A DNA stretch of 64,000 bases, from positions 165,170,001 through 165,234,000 of the forward strand of contig NC_086097.1 of the NCBI RefSeq assembly GCF_963921235.1, in the 5' to 3' direction. Below are positions 12,760 to 24,979 of this stretch, one piece after another; positions within the stretch are counted from its first letter, which is position 1; each line of letters begins with the position of its first letter. The stretch is from Mobula hypostoma. Taxonomy: Eukaryota. The notes under the pieces are model-generated. The model was not told the origin of the DNA, ran no database searches, and saw only the letters and a list, made by a program, of their open reading frames with translations. The translations under genes and the position numbers were made by a program.

Positions 12760-13893
12760 ATATGCAAATGTCTTGGGCACCCTAGAGTTTTCTGTATCAA
12801 TTTTGTTTTACATGTTTTTTGTCGTCTTCATTAGTGTGTCAGCAGAAAAGAGCAAGCATTCATTTGGAAAATGTTACAAAGATAAGTTCAATATTTCATT
12901 AAAGAAGGTAACATGAAGTAGTAGACTACTTCTCAAATAAAAACTTGATTATGGTGTATAGTCCAGAGAATGATTAAACACAGATAACAAGCAGGTGCAG
13001 ATCAATGATACAATAAGTTGAATGAACTGAAGCAGAAATGGATGCAGAAGGAATTAATTTGGGCAAAGGACAACGAAACTAAAAGGTGAATGTGTGGTAG
13101 ATGTGACAGTTCTTACACCATGGCAAAAGTGAGCATCGCAGGAAGACACAAGGTGGTCATCCTGCATCAAAACAAATCCACAAGGAGTCAGGTGCTGAAC
13201 AATAGCAGCAAATGCTCTGGACTGACGACACAAAATGTAAAATTTTTGGCTCGGGCAGGAAGCAGTCTGTCCTTAGAAGAGCTGGAGAGTGCTACATGGA
13301 TGAGTATCTGCAGCCAACATGTTTGGGGCTGTATTTCTGCGAATGGAGTTGGTGATCTGATCAAACTGAATGGAATCCTCACTGCTAAAAAGTATAAGCA
13401 GATTCTTATCCATCACAAAATACCATCAAGGAGGCATCTGATTGATCCCAACTGCATTCTGTACCAGGACAATGACCCCAAACGCACGGCCAAGTCATAA
13501 AGAACTATCTTCAGCGAAAAGAAGACCAAGAACTTCTGCAGCTGATGGTATGGCTTCTGCTGAGCTATGATCTCAACATCATCGAGGCTGTCTGGGATTA
13601 CCTGGAGAGACAGAGGCAAACAAGACAGCCAAAGCCTTCAGAAGAACTGTGGCAAGTTCTCCAAAATGCTTGGAGCAATCTACCAGCAAATTTTCTTATT
13701 AAAATACACAACAGTGTTTCTAAGAGAATTGATGCATTTTTAAAGTGAAAGGATGGCCATACCAAGCATTGGTTTGATTTAGGTATTTTTTTTACTGTTT
13801 ACTGCCCTTTATGGTTTTTTTTATATTCAGAAACTTTTCATTTCATTATTTTTGAAAGCATCTTCACTTTACAGATTTCTTTTACATGTGTCA
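12760..13893 (+). pseudogene. Decayed Tc1-family transposon with transposase remnant
   Basis: ORFs 13090..13500 and 13545..13748 give WGCISANGVG, YQDNDPKRT and DLNIIEAVW (Tc1 DD34E motifs), broken by stops. Confidence 0.88.
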
Positions 13894-15784
13894 AAGTCTT
13901 GCACAATAGTGTATATAGCTGTGGGAGGCAAAATACAACAAAGTGACTGAAAATCTAAAATAGCTTGAAGGAGCATTGAAAACTAAAGTCTATTAGTGTA
14001 TCATTGAATGCTGGATAAGCTTTTTTTGACCTTAATGCTGATTAGAAATTAATGTTTCTTTTTGAGCTCACTAATATCTGTATGTGCTTCTAACATATGA
14101 AGCAAAAGAAACATGAGCTGGAGTAGGCCATAAGGTTCCTTGCACCTGGTCCACCATCAGCAAAATTATTGTTGATTTGATCTACATCCGTCTTTACTTC
14201 CCACTTACCCTTGCATCCCCAACACACCAAAGACTACATGGGCTGTAAGTATATTTAATAATTTGGGCTCCACAGCTTTTTGGTTTTGTGTTTTCCAGAG
14301 ATTCGTATATATTCCAAGAGGAAAACAATCCTCTTTTGCTCCTATAAAATTTTCCTTGTGTACTTGTCCAATTTCTTTTTGAAAGCCTTGATTACCTGTT
14401 TCTGTGATTATGTGGAGTAAGTCCTTCCTAAGAGTGGTGACCTGAATTGGAAGCAGTACTCCAATGGTGCCTTAACTGATGTTTCACACAAATAGAACTT
14501 CAGTCGTTGCAGTTTTACTCTACATTTCTCTCTGAGATCTATGAGCCCTATTGTTTTGCTAACAGCAGTCATGTCTGCTACTTTCAAATATGTGTGATTA
14601 CAGAAGTTATTTGATATTTCCTACTAATTTTAGAATATTGGGAGAATAAGTCTTGCAAAACTATGACACTGCTGGTGGAATAGGTTGCCCCCTTTGATAT
14701 TTATTGCTGAGCAGTAATTACTTTTTAAAATTCTCAGGAATCGGTTCAAAATACATTTATAAAGTATGTTGTCTACAGCTTAACCTGTGTGAATTTTAAT
14801 TTCATGTTATACAAATCAATGAAAATAAATCTGATTCTGATTTCAATATATTGTGATGATGCAGATGCAGATTTACTGCTGTGATTGACTTCACAATGAC
14901 CCTGACTGCCTAAGCTTCAGAAGTATCTAATCAGTTTGTGATGGTTTGGGATGTTTTGAAATCACATGAAGCCATAAATGAACATCTTTTTACTCAAAAT
15001 ATTAAACTTTTACATTTATTGTGGAATTTTTTATTTTGACCTGCGAATAAAAACAGTTAATTGCTATTGAATCCTACTTTAGTCGTACTGTTTTTGATCT
15101 TTTTATCTGATCAAACAGATTGATAATTTGGACTAAGTTTTTCTATGTAGCAGTCGGTGTAGCATAGGATGCTTTGCCACAGACAGTTGCCTTTTTCCAA
15201 ATTACTTTAGTCCAACATCAAACATGGTTCACTGTTTGCATTTTCATACCACAATAACTGGCTGACACTTGAATTGCTGTTTTATGTTGAATTATTGTTG
15301 TTCTGTACTACTTGCTACTGAATGTTAGCTATTAAATTTAGTTTATTGCTGGACTGTTTCGGGGATTACAAAGATATGCTAATTCAAGCATTCAATGAGA
15401 TCAGTAAGATGAGTTCAGGTTGCAAAGGAAAGTGTTTTATAACTTTGTTTTATTCTTTATTTCTCATAACTATTTAAATTATTTTTATGGTGTAATTATT
15501 TACAGGGTTGCCATTGAAATCTATTTGCGATCGATGTTAGTATCTAAATCAGAGAAGCTACATGTATTTATAATGATCATGATATGACCATCAATTGCAG
15601 GCAGAGCAAGTGGGTATAACCTCCAATGAATTAAAGAGAAAAATACAAAACATATGGAGAGGTACTAAAAATGACAACCTGGATAGTGTTCAGAATTCCA
15701 TGCTTAGGGAGGTGCAATAAATACACCTGTATCTTGGGAAATGAGAGAAACCTGAAATTAATAATATTGGCATCCTAATGTTAC

Positions 15785-16618
15785 AAGTTCAGTAGTTCCA
15801 TTTAATGTCAGAGAAATATATACAGTATACATCCTGAAATCCTTGTTCTTCGCCGACATCTACAAAAACAGAAGTGTATCAAAGAATGAATTACAGTAAA
15901 AATGTTAGTACACCAAAGCCCCCCCCCACTCCCCCATCACACACAAGCGACAGAAAAGCAATTACCCTTCCCTCACCCACTTACGCAAAAATCAACAGCA
16001 CCCTTCACCTACAAAGCATGCAATAGCAAGGCCCCCAATAAAGATCATGATCTGTAGTACAACAAAAACTAACCGATATGCCACAGGCTCTTCATTCTCC
16101 CTAATAAAGAGAAAAAGAGTTGTCTTCTTCCACAGTGGGGTGGGGGGAACATAACAAAACAACTCGCTGATTTACATTGTTGAAAGTCTGTCATAGTGCT
16201 TTTTTTCCCAGAGTTCTGAGACTCTGGAATTGACAAGACTTTCCCCAATGACAAGACAAAAAGAGAGCTTGAATGGCCAAGTACAGAGCACCCGACAGCC
16301 AATCTGTTCCTTATTCTCCTGCGGCACGTCAGTCAGCAGCATACTGGCTTAGAATCAGCCTATCTCCAGGGCTGCGAAACCTCAGAACCGCAAAGGCACA
16401 CTCATCTTCTAGGTGCGTCCTTGGGATATCGAAAAGCAGCCGGTCATGACCGGAGAGTGGGCCCCACCACTGCAAAAAAACAAAGTCTGAGTGTAGCTCC
16501 AGGTCAGAGTCTTCAGCAGATCCCCATCCACCCTGAAAGGGTAAAGGAGAGACAGTCAAGCTGTTTTCACAGATGAATGCGAAGGAGTTGCAATTTAGCG
16601 CCATCATGACTCCGCCTA
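15785..16618 (-). mobile_element. Non-autonomous retroposon with a LINE-like tail
   Basis: Its tail is the reverse complement of 51450-51570 and resembles the tails at 50.2 and 56.9 kb; no ORF. Confidence 0.45.
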
Positions 16619-16884
16619 CAAGCCTGTTATTAGTTGATTAGTCTGTTATTAAATTTCTAGTTTTTTTTTGTCAATAGTCAAATGCACTTGACTGGATTTG
16701 TTTTCTCACTAACCTTGGTTCAGTTTGTTATGCAGTACGTGTATACTCTAACTGAAATATTTGGCTTAGTACTAGGTACAGTCCTTTGAAAAGGTATTCA
16801 GTCCCTAACCGTTTGTTCATATAAATGGTTATTACAACCAGGGATTTTGATCAAGTTAACTGGGGATTTTATTTGTAAATCGTA

Positions 16885-17471
16885 CGAGGGGTGATTGATA
16901 AGTTTGTGGCCTAAGGTAGAAGGAGTCAATTTCAGAAAACCTAGTACATTTATTTTTCAACATACTCTCCTCCTACATTTACACACTTAGTGCAGCGGTC
17001 GTGGAGCATACGGATCTTGGACCTCCGGAAAGTGTCCACGGCAAGGGTAATTGATAAGTTCGTGGCCTAAGGTAGAAGGAGATGAGTTATACAGCTCTCG
17101 TTACATGCACATGCAGTTCAACTGTTTGAGTGATTATGCAGAAAGATTGAAGTTAATAACTCTTCTCCACCTACCTTAGGCCACAAACTTATCAATCACC
17201 CCTGATGAGTTACTAATTTCAAACCTTCTGCATAATCAGTCAGAGTTGAACTGCATGTGCATGTAACGAGAGCTGTATAACTCATCTTCTTCTACCTTAG
17301 GCCACAAACTTCTCACCCCTGCTGCAGACACTTTCTGGAGGTCCAAGATTACGTCCCACGACCGCTAGACTAAGTGTGTAAATGTAGGAGGGAACTATAT
17401 TGAAAAATGGGCTGGGTTTTCTAAAATTGACCCCTTCTACCTTAAGCCATGAACTTATCAATCACCCCTTG
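16885..17471. mobile_element. Mariner-type foldback MITE
   Basis: Termini CGAGGGGTGATTGATAAG / CTTATCAATCACCCCTTG with TA TSD; nearly the whole element is an inverted repeat. Confidence 0.85.
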
Positions 17472-17892
17472 TATGTTCCTTTTTTCACACTACAGTCAAA
17501 AACAAAATTGTAAAATATGATACACTTAAAAACTCAAACTGAAATGTTGGCAATTCAAAAGTACTTAATTGAACTACCTCTCGCAGCTATTACAGCCAGT
17601 AGGTTTTATTGTACTTGCTTCATGCACTGGGATACTCTCTTCAGTTGGTCAGGAGCAGATGTTGTCAGGTGGTGTCCAACCTTCACAAAGTTTTTCAATT
17701 GTTAACCACTACACTCTCCAGTTTTACTCTATTAGATCTGCACAACGTGATGGAGCAAGATTTGTCCCTTCATCCTTGCAAAATTGCTCAAGCAGTGTCA
17801 GGTTAGTTGGGGAGCAGCGGTGGGCAGCAATCTTGACATCTTGCCAGAGATGTTCGATTGGATTAGGGGTTAGGCCTCTGACTGGGCCACTC

Positions 17893-18325
17893 ATTACAGA
17901 CTCAAGGGTCTGTTATCATTGGAATTCAGAAGAATGCATGGGGATCTCATTTGAAACCTACAAATGTTGAAAGGACTAGATAGGGTGGATATTGAGAGGA
18001 TGCTTTCTATGGTGGGGATATCCAGAACTAGAGGATACAGCCTCAGAATTGAGGGGTGACCTTTTAAAACAGAGATGAGGATTTTTTTAGCCAGAGAGTA
18101 GTGAATCGGTGGAATGTTCTGCCACAGACTGCGGTGGAGGCCAAGTCCATGGGTGTATTTAACGTGGAAGTTGATTGTTTCCTGATCGGTCAGGGCATCA
18201 AAGGATATGGCAAGAAGGTAGGTATATGAGGTTAAGTGGGATCTGGGATCAGCCATGATAGAATGGTGGAGCAGACTCAATGGACTGATGGCCTACCTCT
18301 GCTCCTGTGTCTTATGGTCTTATGG
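17893..18325 (+). mobile_element. CR1-type LINE 3' fragment nested in the Tc1
   Basis: Similar to 59625-60040; ends in a CTTATGGT-type tail; interrupts continuous Tc1 sequence. Confidence 0.8.
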
Positions 18326-18555
18326 ACATCAATTTTTTTCCCCCCATTTGAAACCACTCCATGGTTGCTCTGGCAGAATGCTTTGGGTCGTTGTTCTGCT
18401 GAAAGAGAAACTCTCTCTCCAGTTTAAGCTTTCTGGCAGAGGCTAGCAGGTTTTTATCCAGAATCTCTCTCTCTATTTAGTAGCATTCATCTTCCCATCA
18501 ATCTTGACAAGATTTCCGGTCCCTGCAAAGGGTGAAAAGCATCCTCATAGCTTGA

Positions 18556-19524
18556 GCAACATACATCAAAGTTGCTGGTGAACGCAGCAGGCCAAGCAGC
18601 ATCTGTAGGAAGAGGTGCAGTCGACGTTTCAGGCCGAGACCCTTCGTCAGGACTAACTGAAGGAAGAGTGAGTAAGGGATTTGAAAATTGGAGGGGAAGG
18701 GGGAGATCCAAAATGATAGGAGAAGACAGGAGGGGGAGGGATAGAGCCGAGAGCTGGACAGGTGATAGGCAAAGGGGGATACGAGAGGATCATGGGACAG
18801 GAGGTCTGGGAAGAAAGACAAGGAGGTGGGGGGTGACCCAGAGGATGGGCAAGAGGTATATTCAGAGGGACAGAGGGAGAAAAAGGAGAGTGAGAGAAAG
18901 AATGTGTGCATAAAAATGAGTAACAGATGGGGTACGAGGGGGAGGTGGGGCCTTAGCGGAAGTTAGAGAAGTCGATGTTCATGCCATCAGGTTGGAGGCT
19001 ACCCAGACGGAATATAAGATGTTGTTCCTCCAACCTGAGTGTGGCTTCATCTTTACAGTAGAGGAGGCCGTGGATAGACATGTCAGAATGGGAATGGGAT
19101 GTGGAATTAAAATGTGTGGCCACTGGGAGATCCTGCTTTCTCTGGCGGACAGAGCGTAGATGTTCAGCAAAGCGGTCTCCCAGTCTGTGTCGGGTCTCGC
19201 CAATATATAAAAGGCCACATCGGGAGCACCGGACGCAGTATATCACCCCAGTCGACTCACAGGTGAAGTGATGCCTCAGCTGGAAGGACTGTTTGGGGCC
19301 CTGAATGGTGGTAAGGGAGGAAGTGTAAGGGCATGTGTAGCACTTGTTCCGCTTACACGGATAAGTGCCAGGAGGGAGGGATGGGGGGGGGGACGAATGG
19401 ACAAGGGAGTTGTGTAGGGAGCGATCCCTGCGGAATGCAGAGAGAGGGGGGGAGGGAAAGATGTGCTTAGTGGTGGGATCCCGTTGGAGGTGGCGGAAGT
19501 TAACGGAGAATAATATGTTCGACC
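18556..19524 (-). mobile_element. Penelope-like element 3' part with GIY-YIG endonuclease and hammerhead-bearing end
   Basis: ORF 18953..19633 contains VIYCVRCSRCGLLYIGET...RFAEH...RLEEQHLI...PDGMN (GIY-YIG) preceded by a Cys-rich linker; TSD CATAGCTTGA at 18546-18555 and 19525-19534. Confidence 0.92.
18619..18654 (-). ncRNA. Minimal type I hammerhead ribozyme motif (Penelope-associated)
   Basis: Minus strand reads AGTC-CTGACGA-AGGGTCTCGGCCT-GAAA-CG-TC-GACT: intact core, stem I AGTC/GACT, stem II AGG/CCT, palindromic ACGT in place of stem III. Confidence 0.8.
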
Positions 19525-19881
19525 CATAGCTTGATGCTATTTCCACCGTACTTTGTAGAAGGGATGGTGTTAACTGGTTGATATACAGTATTAGATTTAT
19601 GTCACACGTACTGCTTAGTGTTGAGGCCAACAAGTTCCAGTTCAGTCTCGTCCAACCACAAGACCTTCTTCCACCTCTTTATAGTGACACTTTGTAAAGT
19701 TGTAATGGGTAAGGATATGCTTTTTTTTAAAGCTGTGGCTTCTTCCTTGCCACTTTTCCATAAATAACCTTTTTGTTCATGGCCTTAGAGATTGTGGAGC
19801 CATGAGCTTCATCTCCAGTTGCAGCCACTGACTTCTGCAGCTCATTCAGAGTGACCATTGGCATCGCAGTAGTCTCTCTTA

Positions 19882-20903
19882 TCTATATACTACTAAAACT
19901 CTCATGCTCTGTCTGTCTGTTTGTGATCTCCAATTAGCGCAAACACTGCATTACAGCAGCACTTTTTTTTGGCTAAATCGAACTAAAATGCGCTAACTTA
20001 CAGCATGTAGGCAAAGTTCAGGGTTGTATATTCGTATAAAATTGCTCATTCGCCAAAATCAACAGGCTCGTTTTCACCTGAGAGCCGATTGGCCATCATG
20101 GAAATTGGGACGCGACAGCCCGATGCATGCGCACGGCCAATCTTAGCAGCAACACCGACCGGAGCAAAAGGGCAGGGCAGCTCTATTTCGAGGGGTCACA
20201 TTCTGCTGATCACCATCAGCATGTGCAGGATTGGGACAGATGTAGCTGCCACTCATCAATAAGAGATAATTACTTCTTATTGTAATGACATACTTCAAGA
20301 CACTCATAAAACCCTTTGATGCAGTCAAAGGACAGCGGTGACTATATCACATTCATTTAGGAGAGAGCCAACCACATCAAGAGTAATCAGCATCCTTTGC
20401 TGTTAGTGTGTCGTATCTTCTATCCAGCATTAGGGTAAAAAAAATGGTCAGCCTAATTATGCCGTGTGGAAACGGAAGGGGGGCATTATGGTCAAGAGAT
20501 AACGCCAAACGTCGTTGGGAAGCGGCAAGGAGAGGGAGAGAACAAGAATCGGATGAGGCCAGGGATGCACGACTCCAGGATCAAAGAGTTAGGACAAAAA
20601 AAGATGAGCGATGAAGAGACGGGGGATGAAAGGGCTGCACATTTCCAGAATGACAACGAGAGGCACAAGGGTGGCAGATAAACCAGAAATTATGCCATCA
20701 GAAGTGTCCTTCATTAAATGAGGAGCAGCTATATTTGCTTTGCTATGTGTCGTTCTTCTTTAATAAACTGAGGTTTTCTACTTCATTTTCCAAAGCAAAG
20801 CAATACCAGTAGCATTCAGGAAAATTTAATGTTCATTCTGGTTACATCAGACTGCACTACCCTTCTCTCAAAGGATGCCCCAATGGGTCACCCCGTTGTC
20901 TAG
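19882..20903 (+). mobile_element. Non-autonomous Helitron
   Basis: Starts TCTATATACTAC, ends CTAG, sits between A19881 and T20904 with no TSD; subterminal hairpin CAATGGG-TCAC-CCCGTTG; removing it restores the Tc1 host sequence. Confidence 0.85.
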
Positions 20904-22169
20904 TAAGTGGTATTCTTCTCCAGCAGCTAAATTTAGAGGGGTGGCCTGACCTAGGCGGTGGGGCTGTGGTTTCAGATATTTCCACTTTTTCATGATGGAC
21001 TGCACTGAGCTCCAAGGTATGTTCAGTGCCTTTGAGATGGTTGACTACTTTTTCCCAGATTTGTGCTTCTCTATTAATCATTTCCTTGAATTGTCTTCAT
21101 TTTGATTTGATCTGTTGAAAATATATTGTTGGACCGTAGAGAGGGGCTCTTTACAGCATTATGAATTTATTGAAAACAGGTGATCCTCCAATTTCCTACA
21201 TGAGTGAGTTGGCATCTGAGTAAAGTTAACATAGTAATTACAAAGGGGGTGAATACTTTTGCAACCTCGCAATTTTGTTTTTTTAAAATTTTTAGTAAGT
21301 GATCACAGGTTTTGGAATTTTTCTTTCGATTTGATATGATGCACAATGTTTTGTAGATTAGTTCAAAAAATTCTACTTAAGTATATTTTAAATTTAGAAA
21401 ATGAGAGTAAAATGTGAAAGTAGTTGTGGGGACTGAATACTTTTTCAGAGCACTGTATATTTAAATCCTTTTGATCTAATATTAAGTGAAAGGAGATGGG
21501 AACCAGTTGGATATTTCCCTACTTTATCTTACATAAATAGTGCACTTCAAAACTAAAAATAGCATTTTTTTTATGTATATAAGAGAAAACTGTTTAATGT
21601 ATGCATTTAAAACATACGCGCTTATTTGATCTTCAGTGCTTCATTCAAATTGCAATTTAGGTAAATCATAGGGTCCAGTGTTTTTAAGACTTTATATAGG
21701 AAGTTTTCACAGTTGGTCATGTGTATCTCATGTCCTTAAACACTTAAGTTTAGCAATGATTTTCCAGTTTTAACATGGTCAATGTTTTATGTTTTCAATT
21801 TTCAATGACACTGTTTTCCTAGGCACTGTTATACTAAATATGAGCTGGGTTTGATAATTTGAGGAATTTCTTGTCCTTAACTGCTCTTTTGGAATAATTT
21901 TTAAAATTTTTATTTATTGTTCCAGTGTAGAAGTAAAATCTTTTTTTTCTTTTATGTTCTTTATTGTCTGTACTCAGAACTCAGGAAATGTTTGAATATG
22001 ATGTTGTTGACAGAATTGCACATCAAGCCCATTTCTATATTTGTCAAACATAATAACATAATTAGTTAGGTCTTTGGGCTGCTGAAGGGTCAGGGGTGAT
22101 CTTCCTTAGCTCCATTCCCTTGATTCCCATAATATAAGGGCTTTTCATGTTACAAATGTACTGGCTTTT

Positions 22170-22965
22170 CAGAATCATGTTTATTATCACTGTCTTGTAT
22201 GACATGAAATGGTTTGTTTTGCAGCAGTACAGTGCAAAGACATAACTGGTATAAATTACAAAATACTGCAAAAAAAAAGTGTATAATGAGGTAGTGTTCA
22301 CAAACTGCTCAGAACTCCGATAACACATGGGGAAAAACTGTTCCTGTGTCATCAAGTATAGATCTTCAGGCTTCTATAGTAATGAGAAAAAGGCATGTTT
22401 GGGATGATAAGGGTCCTTAATGATGGATTCTACCTTCTTGCAGTATCACTTCTTGAAGATGTCCTTGATGGTGGAGGAAGTTGTGCCTGTGATGAAACGG
22501 GCTGAGTCTACAGCACTCTGCAGCCTCTCAGAATCCTGTGCATTGGAGATTACATATCAGTTGGTTATGCAGCTGATAAGAATACCCTCCACTGTAATCT
22601 ATATAGAAATTTGTAAGAGTCTTTGGTGACATACCAAATCTCAAACTCCTAACTAAGTAGAGCTGTAGGCTTGACGACTTTGTGGTTGCATCAATATGTT
22701 GAGCCTAGGACCAATCCCCAGATTTATTGACACCCAGGACTTAAAGCTCACTATTTCCGCTGTTAACCCCTCAATGTGGATGGTGTGTGTTCTCCTGTCT
22801 TCCCATTGCTACAGTCCACAATCAGTACCTCAGTTTTGCTGACATTGAGTACAAGGTTGTTTCAATACCATTCAACTAGACGATTTATCTCATTCCTGTA
22901 CACCACCTTGTTGCTATTTCAGATTTCACCAACAACAGTGGTGTCATCAGTGAACTTATAAGTGG
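22170..22965 (-). mobile_element. Rex1/Babar-like LINE 3' fragment
   Basis: Minus strand KFTDDTTVVG RT motif near 22930-22960 and similarity to 25.0-25.8 kb. Confidence 0.75.
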
Positions 22966-24979
22966 CACTTCATGCAAATTTTCCCAATTGTTTAAAGCAG
23001 TTTCCAGACTGGTAATAACTTAATGACTGGACGCGGTATATATTCCATTGGTTTAATAATGAGTTCTGCTGGGGTGCTTCATTTTAATTTTAAAAAAAGT
23101 AATTATTGCAAGTGAATGTGGAGCCTATAGAAAATAGATGTTTCTGATTTGCAGAGAAATTGGCTTGCGGAGGGTTCACTGGAATTGGATTCCTTACAGA
23201 ACCCAAGAACTTCCTGTATTATGAAATCTTAAGATCTCAGTTTTGAATCGCTTTTATGATTGGGTCTTCATACCTCTCAGCTAGAGAATTCCAAAGGTTT
23301 ACCATCTACCAAGAAAAAACTTTTCCCATTGTTATGGTCGTATGTGGCCTACACTTCACATGAAACTGTGACTCTGGGTTCAAGGCTTTTCAGTCTGAGG
23401 AGTGTGCACCGGACAGTATTTTTACATGTTTCATTAAGATTGCCTCTCATTACTCTAAACCCCAGAGGATGCAGGTATAGCTCATGCAACTTCTCATCAA
23501 GCAAACCCATGATCAGAGTCCTGATGAATCAAGTAAAGATTTTTTTTCAAAAGTCAGAATTGCACAGTTAATACTAGAAACATTCGGCAGGTCTTATTGT
23601 ATCTGTAAATAGAAAACTGGGAAAGTGAGAAGATGGGTGTTTTAATTAATAGAAAGGGCTGGTTAGAACAGAGAATTTACCTGGTGGGATAAAATTGGGG
23701 ATGCTGAGGTTATTCTGTTCACAGAGCTAGCTAGTGAGTAGATTAGAGGACAATGAGAGAGGAAAGAAATAACAAAGGAACATGTTAAAACTGTAAATTC
23801 AGATTAGAATTGCTAAATCTAAATGCAAAAAGAATGCTGGAAATGATCAGCCACTGTTTGTGCAGGCAGTGAAACCAATTTGAGCAAATAAAGATGGATC
23901 ACCTTGTAGCAAAACTGGCAAGTTTTGTACCAACAGAAAAAACAATTAATGGAGTTTGTTGAAATTGATTATTGAGTGCAGAGTGTTGCAGCTAGCCCAG
24001 GGGAAGATGAGGTGCTAATTTTTTTAAAATCTGCAGTTTCTGGAAATCCAGAAATTAAAAACACAAATTGCTAGAAGCATTCAGCAGGTCAGGGATATCT
24101 CTGCAAACAAATGGGCACTCGCTCCATGGAAAGAGAAACCCTCTAACATTTCAAAAATGCCAGGTCAAAACTGGATGTGATGGAAAATCAAGTCAGCTTT
24201 ATGTTGCCAAGATGAGGTGGAGGAAGTGCGGTTTGTCAAGCATACATTAGCATAGTGCAGGGGGCCACATACAGGTCAGAGATGGATGGAGAATTAAGAT
24301 GTCAGGTAACTAGAACCATGGGGTTGCTGTCCCTCCAGAGCTGGATGGTTCAGCACAACTTCCTTCACAATCTTGGACTTGCCCCATCAGAAGTACTGTA
24401 GTAATCTTTGTTGTATCCATCCCGATACTCTTGTCTGCACCTTAAAACTAAGCTGCTTTCTTATTATTCCAATGAAGGGCCTTCAACCTGAAATGCTTAC
24501 TCTGTTCATTTTACTACAGATGCTGCTTGACCTACAGAGTGTCAAGCAGATGAATTCTTTGTTCATCTTCCAATATATTGTACCCTCTTCCAGTTAGACA
24601 TTGGATTTGATGCTAGCTAACTATGTTCCCTTTGCTATCACCATGCTTCCTTCACATTGCAATATTATAAATACCATTTTGTTAAAGGGCTCCAGCTGCT
24701 TGGTGCTTTATTAAATAATTTTTTTGGTTCCCTTCTCACTACTATTCCACCTGTTGAGAAAATTATACTGCTAGTGATTTGTGTATGACCACAAAACTTA
24801 AAAAGGATGGATTAGTATTTTCTCTGTGCAGGGTATCAAATTGATTCTTTCCTGCTGATTTTGCTTTAAATTGAGAAACCACAAAGGGGAAAAAGCATGT
24901 AATACATAAAAACTGCCAAAATGACTAAGAGTGAAAGGGAAGTTAGTATTATTGGGAAGTAGTGAAGAAGTAAATAACC

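Larger units (their letters stand above)
16779..21455 (-). mobile_element. Decayed Tc1 transposon with both ends, hosting four nested insertions
   Basis: TIRs CAGTCCTTTGAAAAGGTATTCAGTCCC / GGGACTGAATACTTTTTCAGAGCACTG, TA on both sides (16777-16778, 21456-21457). Transposase remnants on the minus strand ([24 protein letters not shown]). Confidence 0.88.

Noticed and set aside
14853..14906. C/D-box snoRNA (GTGATGA...CTGA)
   Set aside because: Too short, no terminal stem and no recognisable guide sequence.
16885..17471. CRISPR-like repeat array
   Set aside because: Repeats are in mixed orientation with non-unique spacers in a eukaryotic context; explained by MITE termini.
18953..19633. 226-aa ORF as a host nuclease gene
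   Set aside because: It is the GIY-YIG end of a 5'-truncated Penelope; the first 36 or so codons run fortuitously through Tc1 sequence beyond the TSD.
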